Below, in pieces: positions 20,865-29,900 of a DNA stretch of 64,000 nt (the stretch's first letter is position 1; each line of letters begins with the position of its first letter). Origin of the DNA: Cenarchaeum sp. (GTDB lineage: Archaea > Thermoproteota > Nitrososphaeria > Nitrososphaerales > Nitrosopumilaceae). The stretch covers positions 416,001 to 480,000 of the forward strand of contig CBDESU010000001.1 in the NCBI GenBank assembly GCA_965242695.1, read 5' to 3'. Under the pieces are notes generated by a model that worked only from the letters and a program-made list of their open reading frames with translations, searched no databases and was not told where the DNA came from. Position numbers and translations under genes: made by a program.

Positions 20865-21416
20865 GTGCTGGATCTGGTCGCAAGGCAGCTGTTCCTCACA
20901 AAGGGCAAGGGCGTCCACGAGGACAAGCTGACGAGCTTCGAGTACGCCCTGCGCGATGCGGGGATCGCGGGGACCAACATCGTGCTCATATCGAGCATAT
21001 TCCCGCCGCGCGCAAAGCTGATCTCGCGCAAAGAGGGCCTCAAGCTCATCCGGCCCGGCCAGATACTGTTCACGATCTACTCGAAGAACCAGACGAGCGA
21101 GCCGCACAGGCTCATCGCCTCGTCGGTCGGGCTTGCGCTCCCAAAGGACCCCGCGCGGTACGGCTACCTGTCCGAGCACGACTCGTTCGGCCAGTCGGAA
21201 AAGACGGCAGGCGACTACGCCGAGGACATCGCCGCCCAGATGCTGGCCTCGTCGCTCGGCATACCGTTCGACATCGACAAGAGCTGGGACGAGAAGCGGC
21301 AGCAGTGGAACATATCGGGCGAGATATACCGCACGCAGAACATTACGCAGACGGCCGTCGGCAACAAGGACGGCAAGTGGACTACCGTGTTCGCCGCGGC
21401 CTGCCTAATCCTTTGA
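20865..21416 (+). CDS. pdaD: Pyruvoyl-dependent arginine decarboxylase
   Basis: LTSFEYALRDAGI, NIVLISSIFPP (Ser-Ser self-cleavage site), YGYLSEH, WTTVFAAA. Confidence 0.95.
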   Translation: MLDLVARQLFLTKGKGVHEDKLTSFEYALRDAGIAGTNIVLISSIFPPRAKLISRKEGLKLIRPGQILFTIYSKNQTSEPHRLIASSVGLALPKDPARYGYLSEHDSFGQSEKTAGDYAEDIAAQMLASSLGIPFDIDKSWDEKRQQWNISGEIYRTQNITQTAVGNKDGKWTTVFAAACLIL

Positions 21417-22652
21417 GCCGGGCGGTCTCCTGTACCCCCTCAGAAAGAACGCCGCGGCGCCGCCTGCCGCCGCCACGGCAACGGCCGCCGCGGCGGCCTG
21501 CGCATGCCATCCGTCCCCCTCCTGCGCCGCGCCGCCTTCGCCTTCGACGCCCTCCCCCGGAATGCCCCCGCCGGGCCCGCCGACGACGAGGGCCAGGCCG
21601 CCGGCGCCGACCGACTGCGTCCTCCCGAACAGGAACCTCGCATCCGACCTGCCGCCGCCCTCCTCGGATATGATCCAGCCGGCCTGCCCGAGGTCGGCCG
21701 GCGCGTCGACGCCGTTTGCCGTCCTCGTCTCGAGCCGGCCCGGCTCGGCCGCGCCGATCGTCCCGTTGCCGACGACGAGCACGTGGACGATCGAGTTGAG
21801 CGGGTAGAACGCCTGCGAAAAGTAGCCGGACCTGCGCAGGACGTCGACCCCGAGGTAGTCTAGCGGGGCGATGACGGGCCCCGCCGAGCCGGCCCCCTCC
21901 CTGTACGCGGACACCTTTAGCTGGTAGAGGGCGCCGGACTGGGACGGGAGCATGGAGAACGTCATCTTTGCCGACTCGCCGCCGGCCATCGACGTGGCCG
22001 CATCGTAGAATCCTCCGGCGTCCCTTATGGGCCTGGCCAGCAGTATGGCCGACGCCTTTTCGAACATGGAGTCGGTCGACTCCATGGGCATCGTGAACAC
22101 GGCCGACACCGTGTCCCTGCCCGAGACGACCCCCGACGTGTCGAGGGCCACGTTGGCCTCGTCCCTATGGTGTATGAACACGGAGTGGAAGGATGCGTCG
22201 ATGTCGAGCAGCGCGTTGATCTTGTCGATGTACAGCATGCCGATCTCCCTGGCCGTGTCCTGCGTCCCCCTTATGCCGCCCCACTCGGGGTCCCTCTTTA
22301 CGTTGACCATCACGCACGACATGTGCTCCTGCACGCCGAGCACGCACCTGTCCTCGTTCGTCACCACGACTGCGACGACCCTGTCGTCGGCGAGCAGCAT
22401 GCCCTCGAGGTCAGGCGGGATCCTGATCTCCTGCCCGCTCGTACTCTGCAGCGTTATGGCCGCGGTTATGGTGTCCGAGACGGCCGGCGCTATGACGACC
22501 TGGGCCGTCTCCTGGTACGTCGCTAGCCTGATCTCATCGCCGTCCTGGGCCCACGCGGCATCGGGCATGCCTGCGGCGGCTGCGGCAGCCAGGATGGCCG
22601 CAAGAGCGGCGGCGGCCGCGAGCGGAGGACGGCCGGAATGGTGGGCGCCCAT
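21405..22652 (-). CDS. Secreted/membrane-anchored hypothetical protein
   Basis: Signal peptide (LAAAAALAAILAAAAAAGMPDAAWA/Q), globular body, C-terminal TM plus FLRGYRR; 12-nt convergent overlap with pdaD. Confidence 0.85.
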   Translation of the reverse strand: MGAHHSGRPPLAAAAALAAILAAAAAAGMPDAAWAQDGDEIRLATYQETAQVVIAPAVSDTITAAITLQSTSGQEIRIPPDLEGMLLADDRVVAVVVTNEDRCVLGVQEHMSCVMVNVKRDPEWGGIRGTQDTAREIGMLYIDKINALLDIDASFHSVFIHHRDEANVALDTSGVVSGRDTVSAVFTMPMESTDSMFEKASAILLARPIRDAGGFYDAATSMAGGESAKMTFSMLPSQSGALYQLKVSAYREGAGSAGPVIAPLDYLGVDVLRRSGYFSQAFYPLNSIVHVLVVGNGTIGAAEPGRLETRTANGVDAPADLGQAGWIISEEGGGRSDARFLFGRTQSVGAGGLALVVGGPGGGIPGEGVEGEGGAAQEGDGWHAQAAAAAVAVAAAGGAAAFFLRGYRRPPGSKD

Positions 22653-23216
22653 TGCCCGCCGCCGGCGCGGCCTGGGTATTAACGTTGGCAGGGCGCTGCC
22701 GTGCGCCCCGGTTGCAGAGGCGGGGTGAGGATGGAGTGGGGGGCGGTTCTGCCCGCGGGCGGGGCGATCGTAGTGCGGATCGCCAGGTGCACGTGCATGG
22801 CCGGCGGCGGGCCGGGCGCGCGGCCGCATCGGCAGGGCCGCCGAGGCGGCTGGGGTGGTGCGTGCGGAACCGCGGCCTCATGAGGGCGGCAGCGGCTGGG
22901 GGGGGGGGCGCCGTTGGTCCCTGCTGCATGGGTGCGAAATTAACTCCAAAGATGCCGTGGCCTCCTCTTGCGGGACGGCTTGCTCTGGGCCTGCCCGCAG
23001 CGGGGCGTATGGGGGGGGGGGGCGGATGAGGCGCGCGACGGCGCGCGACGGCGCACCGTTCGCCGACTCGGCGGCAGAGGCCGCGGCTGTCCCGAATCTG
23101 ACTTCCGTGCCTAGGAATGACGGGAGCCGGTCGTGCCTCTGCCTCGACTGTTGGCGGCCCTAGATGGCAGGGCGAACCGACAAATGGTTATATAGCGAAT
23201 GCGGGTGGGGCGCGGC

Positions 23217-23537
23217 ATGGCGATGGCGGAGCAAGCGCGGGCGCGGACAGTGCGCCGCGGAGGGGCGGTAGCCGGTTCCCAACAGGCGCAGGATTGCGAG
23301 TTGAAGGCACAGCCGCGCGGCGACCTTGACTACCGGGTGAGCCCCGCCGAGATCGACCACATGCTTGCCATGTACCGGAAGAATGCGGAGCCGGATGTGG
23401 CGGCAAGGATGGACCGGGCAATGGCAGAGAAGATTATCAGGGACCGCAAGGCTTGGGTCAGGGAGAATACCGATTATGACCTCCGTGTCCGCCTTCCTAG
23501 GGAACTGGTGCGCGCATATTGCCTGCACCCGGTATAG
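23217..23537 (+). CDS. Small hypothetical protein
   Basis: TTATATA at ~23188-23194 upstream; helical charged sequence. Confidence 0.5.
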   Translation: MAMAEQARARTVRRGGAVAGSQQAQDCELKAQPRGDLDYRVSPAEIDHMLAMYRKNAEPDVAARMDRAMAEKIIRDRKAWVRENTDYDLRVRLPRELVRAYCLHPV

Positions 23538-23761
23538 GGTCGTGCTAGCGGTACAGTGTTGCATAACCGCGCTGTTGACGACTACGGCATAGACACGCGT
23601 AGGCATCAGAATGAGCTTTTGTGCAACACGGTAGCTAGCGGGGAACTGCAAGGCTGCCGGCGCGGACGCATCATCGACAGGCTCTGGCGCGATTCTGCAC
23701 TGCGTTGCTTCCGCGCACACGGCACATGAGGCGCCTCACTTGCCGATCCTACCTTGCAGCA

Positions 23762-25417
23762 TCATTTGTGGGCCCAGAGTTCCGCCGCCCTGCGGCGAGC
23801 CTTGTTGGCTTCCTCGCCCCTGCCATGCATGGCTAGTACTTCTGCCAGTCCACTCCATGCCTGCGCACTCCCAGAGTCCAGCCTCACGGCCGCGCGGTAC
23901 GACTGCAGGGCCTCGCCGGCGCGGCCCGTTTCGAGCAGGGCCTTGCCCATGCCGAGGTGCGCCCTTGCACTGCGGGCGTCGAGCCTCACGGCCGCGCGGT
24001 ACGACTGCAGGGCCTCGCCGGCGCGGCCCGTTTCGAGCAGGGCATCGCCCATGCCAAGGCGGGCGCCGGCACTGCGGGCGTCGAGCCTCACGGCCGCGCG
24101 GTACGACTGCAGGGCCTCGCCGGCGCGTCCTGCCTCGAGCAATACCCTGCCGAGCCCACCGTACGCCGCTCCGGCCCCTAGGCTGCGCGCAATGCCGCCG
24201 GCGGCAAAGCCGCGGCCCTGCGCTCCCGCGCGCGCCGCCTCCCGCCCGGCCCCGCCGACGATATCCTCCTCTGAAATGCGGATTGCCGCACGGTACTCTC
24301 TGATCGCCTCTTCGCGGCGCCCCGCCAAGGCGAGCGAGTTTGCAAGGCCGGCGCGGCCCGCGGCATCGCTCGGATCCGTCTTGATCGCGCTGCGGTACCA
24401 ACGAACGGCCTCTTCGTGGCGCCCCATCATGGCCAAGGCGAGGCCGCATCCCGTGTACGGCGACATTTCCTCCGAGTCTAGGAGGAGCGCGCCCTCGTAG
24501 CACTCTATGGCCTGCGCCTCGCCCCCGATGCCCCGCACCACGCCCAGTGCATGGCCCCTTGAAAGGCGGGCCGCGACATAGCCGGGGTCTGCCTCGACTG
24601 CCGCCCTGTACATTGCAAGTGCCGCCCCGTGCCGGCCGGCCCGCATCTCCAAGTGGCCCATCTCGAGGTACGCCAGGGCGTACGAGGGGTCGATCTGCAT
24701 GGCCCTCTTGTAGCGCGCCCTGGCCTCGCGCGCGCGGCCGAGCCGCGCAAGCGCGTGGCCCTCGCACACCTGCGCCCACGCCTCCCTCTTCCCCGCGGCG
24801 CCGAGGCGCCCGCACACGCCGAGCACCCCGCGGTACGCCCTGCGCGCATCCGCATAGCGCCCGGCGGCCGACATGACGTGGCCCTCGACGAGCAGGAGGG
24901 CAGCCATGTACCGCGGGCGCGCGGCAATGACCGCATGCACGATGGCCTCGACCAGGGCGTACGCCTCGGCCTCCGTGTACCTTATGGCGTGCACGGTGTG
25001 CACAAGGACGTGCCGCACCCTGTACAGGCGGCGGAGCCTCTTGCCGTGCACCCTGACGCACTCGAGCAGCGCCCATATGCCGCGCTGCTTGGCCACCCTC
25101 TTGAGGGACTCTCTGCTCTGAAAGGTGCGGAGCGACGCCTCGATCCTAGACATGCTCAGCGCTATGGCCGCGCGAATCCCCTCGACGGTCTCGATGGCCG
25201 TGCGCCGGCCCCCAGACTTTTCGTCGATGTCGATCTCTAGGATCAGCCGGACGAACTGCTCGAGGACGGTCACGCACTGCACGATCACGCCCATCCGGGA
25301 CATCTCGTTGCCGGAGCCGATGCAGGCCTTGATCGTGGCGACCCTGATGAACACGCCGAGCATGCTCTGCGCGACAAGCTCGCGCGTGAGCGGGTATCTT
25401 CTTTTTTCCGGGGACAC
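23762..25417 (-). CDS. TPR-repeat protein with putative N-terminal HEPN-like domain
   Basis: About 10 TPR units (e.g. ARLGMGDALLETGRAGEALQSYRAAVRLDARSA); N-terminal helical domain with LEQ and RHVLVH (Rx4H); TATA-like TTATAAATAAT upstream. Confidence 0.85.
   Translation of the reverse strand: MSPEKRRYPLTRELVAQSMLGVFIRVATIKACIGSGNEMSRMGVIVQCVTVLEQFVRLILEIDIDEKSGGRRTAIETVEGIRAAIALSMSRIEASLRTFQSRESLKRVAKQRGIWALLECVRVHGKRLRRLYRVRHVLVHTVHAIRYTEAEAYALVEAIVHAVIAARPRYMAALLLVEGHVMSAAGRYADARRAYRGVLGVCGRLGAAGKREAWAQVCEGHALARLGRAREARARYKRAMQIDPSYALAYLEMGHLEMRAGRHGAALAMYRAAVEADPGYVAARLSRGHALGVVRGIGGEAQAIECYEGALLLDSEEMSPYTGCGLALAMMGRHEEAVRWYRSAIKTDPSDAAGRAGLANSLALAGRREEAIREYRAAIRISEEDIVGGAGREAARAGAQGRGFAAGGIARSLGAGAAYGGLGRVLLEAGRAGEALQSYRAAVRLDARSAGARLGMGDALLETGRAGEALQSYRAAVRLDARSARAHLGMGKALLETGRAGEALQSYRAAVRLDSGSAQAWSGLAEVLAMHGRGEEANKARRRAAELWAHK
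23881..24140 (-). repeat. Near-identical 102-bp (34-aa TPR) repeats, 3 copies
   Basis: gcctcacggccgcgcggtacgactgcagggcctcgccggcgcg at 23881, 23983 and 24085. Confidence 0.93.
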
Positions 25418-25715
25418 AAAAGTACCAAATACTACTATTATTTATAACTGGCGGTCTGTCCATGCGGCGGGATGGGGGGCGCAGTGGCCGCGGACGCGGG
25501 CCATCCTCCGGGCGGCCCGCCCCCATCCGCCCGCGCCGGCAGGGTGCGCCCCGCGAGTCTGGCGTCGACTCGCCTCCTTGGCGGGGCGCCGATCGCCGCA
25601 CGGGCGCCGATGCCGGCTCCGCTGCGCAAAAGGGGCGCGGCGGGGGTGCGGCGCGCCCCCGCGGCCCCCGCGCCCATCCGCGCCGTCTTTAAGGCGGCCC
25701 CGGCACGCGCCGCGC

Positions 25716-26183
25716 ATGCGGCTAGGGTCTGGCGGGCGCACCGGGAGGCGCCGCCTGATCGACGGCCTGCTGCTCGCCTTTGCGGCCATGGCCGTGTTCT
25801 CGATCGCCGCCACCATACCCCACGAGGCGGGCCATGTCGCAGTGTGCATCGCCGGCGGGCACGAATACGACCTTATGGCCGGCCCGCTCGGCCCCATGGT
25901 CGACTGCTCGGCCGTCCCGGACCCACTGTGGCTGTACAGGGCAGCCGGCGGCGCGGCCGGCGCGGCCGCACTCGCGCCGCTTCTTGCATGGGGCCGCGTC
26001 AGGAATTCGGAGCCGTGGCGCGCGGGCCTGGCCGCCGCGGTATACCTGCAGGCCGCAATCATGGTCGTCGAGACGCTTGCGCACCCGCTGTACATGACAA
26101 GCCCCCTGCCGACTGCCGCCGTCACCGCCTCGTCGCTGGCGATCATACTGTGCATGATGATCCCGCGCCGCCGGGCGGAATGA
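25716..26183 (+). CDS. Small membrane protein with HExxH motif (peptidase M50-like)
   Basis: TM followed by TIPHEAGHVAV, then AAGG and further TMs; TTTAA at ~25688-25692. Confidence 0.65.
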   Translation: MRLGSGGRTGRRRLIDGLLLAFAAMAVFSIAATIPHEAGHVAVCIAGGHEYDLMAGPLGPMVDCSAVPDPLWLYRAAGGAAGAAALAPLLAWGRVRNSEPWRAGLAAAVYLQAAIMVVETLAHPLYMTSPLPTAAVTASSLAIILCMMIPRRRAE

Positions 26184-26329
26184 CTCTTGCCGCCCCCGCT
26201 TCGGAGGCCGGGGGTGGGGGAGGGGTGCTCCGTTGCCCCGCCTCGATCATGGCAGGCCGCAGCTTGCGGTTGCTTGCGAACAGGGACGAGGGGCGCAGGC
26301 GCGGCGAGCCCTCCCTCTAGGCCGAACCG

Positions 26330-26440
26330 GGCGCCTGGACGTGCGGCGCGTCCCTGCCAGGATCATGCGCCCACATGCGAACGGCAGGATCGAGCGGTTC
26401 CACGGGGCGGCCGGGCGCCGCCTGCGCGGGCTCAAGGCAG
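26330..26440 (+). pseudogene. Integrase-core (rve-type DDE transposase) remnant
   Basis: RPHANGRIERFHG..GRRLRGLK resembles the P..NG.IER.H signature of IS481/IS3-type catalytic cores; no intact gene around it. Confidence 0.5.
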
Positions 26441-26871
26441 AGTCGTCGCAGACTGCGACCCGGTCTGGCCTGCCGTGGGGCCGCCATGCCGTGGGTGGGC
26501 CGTCCGCCGCGTCGACGGCCCGCAGGATGCCGCGCCGCCGCGGCCGGCGCACCGGCACTGCCGCGAGAGGCGCCGCATGCCGCTTGGGGGGGGGGCGAGA
26601 TCCTGCCGTGTCCTGCGTCCGCAAGATGGCCCGGGGAGGCGGTGGCGAACGAGCAGTACGGAATCGCATACAGGCGCGAGAGGGGCCTGCGCCCTCCCAC
26701 TGTATGCGCCCGCCGCGGGGCGCCCAGCCGCCTAGTGCAGACTCGGGTCCGGGACGCCATGCGTCTGGCGGGGTCGGCACGGCCCTGCGCAGCGTGACAA
26801 GAAGCGGTGGCTCCGGCGCTCGGGCGCTGGGGGCCTGAATACGTACCCCCAGATCTCCGCCGCGGCTATTC

Positions 26872-26878
26872 TTTTATA
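26872..26878 (+). promoter_or_regulatory. TATA box upstream of giant protein 1
   Basis: TTTTATA in a GC-rich context, 30 nt before ATG 26908. Confidence 0.6.
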
Positions 26879-26930
26879 GGCCCAATTTGGACGGCGGGCG
26901 GACAACAATGGCGCAAAGCACATCCCCTGC

Positions 26931-29900
26931 ATGCGGCATGGGCCGGCCGCATGGGGACTCTCGCGGCAGAGCTGGGGGGGGGGGGGTGCGGAACACCGGC
27001 CCCGCCGCCGCCGTATAGCCGCCGTTGTGCCCGCGCTTGCCGTGGCCGCCGCCGCGGCCATGCTTGCCGTGGCCGCGCCGCCCGATGCCGATGCAGGATC
27101 GGGCACCATCGACCAGTGCTATAGATTGGGCCCCTCCGATATAGACTCGATCCGATTCCGCTCGTCCAACGGCACGTATAAGATCGGCGACACGATCGAC
27201 ATACGCGTCACCGTCATCAATACTAGGGCCTTCGATACGGGCACGTCTGGGAATCCCAGCGCCCGGCATGTCCTGGAGCATAGCAAAATCAGGCTCGAGA
27301 CGGGCGGCGAGTCAGACGGGTTCGCCGACTTCGTAACGGCCCCGAGCTATGGAAGATGGGTCGACTACCGCTACACGGTGCGAGCCGGCGACAACAGCAG
27401 CGACCTAGACTACCATTCGACAAGGGCGCTGTACTGGCGCCTCATTGGACACGGCGCGTATGACCACAACGTTGTGCATACCAACAGTGGCGACTTCGAG
27501 TGCCTCCTCCCGCAGCCGGGGGGCCCAGGATCCCTGTCGAACAAGTCCGACATAGGGATCGACGGCATCGCGCCGCGCGTGGCCAACGTCACCTTGTCTC
27601 CACCCGACGGGGGGTACGGCCTGGACGACGGCGTCGAATTCAACGTCAACTTTGACGATACGGTCGTATACTCGGGCGCCGCGCCCATTCTGCTGCTAAA
27701 CCTGAGCAGCGGGGAGTTCCGCAACGCCACCTACGCGTCGGGAAACAACACGGACAGGCTTACATTCGCATACGTGGTGCAGGGCGGCGACGATGCGTCC
27801 GACGTAGGCTACAACGGCACGATGGCGCTGACGACGGCCGGCAGCATGACCGACAAGCCCGGCAACCCTGCCAACCTGACCCTGTCCGCATCGGGATCGC
27901 TCGGACGCTCGGGGCCCGTTCCGATAGATGCGACCCGGCCGACCGTCCTGAACGTCACGTCTCCGAACGGGACGGGCCCGCACACGGAGGGCTCGACCAT
28001 CGCAATCAGGGTCTTGTTCAGCGAGAACGTGGAAGTCGTCACCACCGGCGGCGCGCCGCGGATCGAGCTGGACACGGGCTCGCCCGGCGGCCGGTACGCC
28101 GACTACGATTCGGACGCGAGCACCGCCCAAACCCTGGCGTTTTCCTACAGTGTGGCGGAGGGCGACGAGACGCTCGACCTGGCCTATGCGAACAGAATGG
28201 CCCTGTCCGAGAACGGCGGGATCATACAGGACGAGGTGGGCAACAGGGCCACCAACCTGACCCTGGCCGATCCCGCCGCGGCCGGACCGCTCGGCGCCTT
28301 GGGGCCGATCCGCCTCGATGCAAAGGGGCCGGCATACGTGTCGGTCTCGTCGACGACCCCCAACGGCACGTACGGCATCGGCTCGTCCGTCGCTGTCACG
28401 GTCACCTTCAACGAGAATGTTGTCGTCGACACTACGGGCGGCACGCCAAGGATCGCACTGGACACGGGCTCGCCCGGCCGGTACGCCGACTACGATTCGG
28501 CCGCGAGCACTGCCCGAACGCTGGCGTTTTCGTACACGGTGACCGAGGGCGACGACACGGCCGACCTAGACTACACTGCCGCTGCCGTCATTCTGCCCAA
28601 CGGCGGGACCATACAGGACACGGTCGGCAACGGCGCCGACCTGGACCTGCCCCTGCCGGGCACGGACGGCCTGCTCGACTCGGGGACGATCCGGCTCGAG
28701 ACGGTGCGGCCGGTGGTGGAGCATGTTTCGTCGGAGGCGGGCACCGGCCCGCACTCCGTCGACACCGTGATCGACGTGCGGGTGAAGCTTGACGAGGCCG
28801 TCATCGTCAACAACTCAAGCGGCACGCCGACCATACGGCTGGAGACGGGCACGACCGACCGGAACGCGACGCTTGTCGGAGGCAACAACTCTGACACGCT
28901 GGTATTCTCGTACACGGTGCGGCAGGGCGACGAGACGGACGACCTGAACTATACGGGCACGACGGCCCTGTCCGCCAACGGCGCAACCATACGGGATGTG
29001 GCCGGCAATGGCGCCGACCTGGACCTGCCGGACTGGGGAAACGGGGACACGCTCGGAGAGCGCAAGGACATCGCAGTCGACACCGCGGCGCCCGTGGTGT
29101 GGTTCGCCCATGCCGAGTATCCGAACCACATACGCGTCACCTTTGACGATCCCGTGGCGTCCGGCTCCCTGAACGCCTCGGCCGGCTGGTCCATATCGGG
29201 GCCTAGCGCGGTCAACCTTTCAATAGCCGCCCTCGGGCCCGTCACGATGTCGGCGCCGCGGGACAATATCGTCTTTACGCTCAACGACACCCTGCCCGAC
29301 ACGGCCCCCGATCTCGAGCTGTCCTACGACGCCGGCGCCGGCGGCATCGCCGACGAGGCCGGCAATCTCCTGCAGGACACGACGGGCATAGTCGTGGCCG
29401 ACCGCATACGGCCCAAGATCGACGAGGCGCTGATCACGGGGAACCGGGAGATTACCATCGCCTATACAGAGCCGGTCGCCGCATCGCAGGGCGCCTACTC
29501 GGGGCTCGAGATCGGAGGGGATGCCCGCCAGCTGGACCCGTACGACACGGATGCCCTCCTCCGCCAGCACGCGATCACCTTTGCCGGCGATCCTGCCCCC
29601 GTCCCAGAGCCGCCGAGCAGCATGACAGTAGACGGCAGGGCGGTGCTCGACGGGGCCGACCAGCCAAACCCGCTCGGCGACGATATCTTGACCGTGGACA
29701 TACAGGACGGAAGGGTCCTGGACGTGTTCTCGTCAAGGATTACGGGCCCCGACACGGCCGTCATTGCGTACACCAGGAACGCAGAGGCCCCGCTTGAGGC
29801 CTACTCTTCGCTCGTGGTCGGCGGGCAGGACAGGATGATAACGGGGCTGGCAGGGGGAGGCGCCGGCGCCGGCAGCCACTTCCACACGCTTACGTTCGCC

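Noticed and set aside
23160-23720. 186-aa minus-strand ORF
   Set aside because: Overlaps the + strand ORF that has a clear TATA box; no recognisable motifs.
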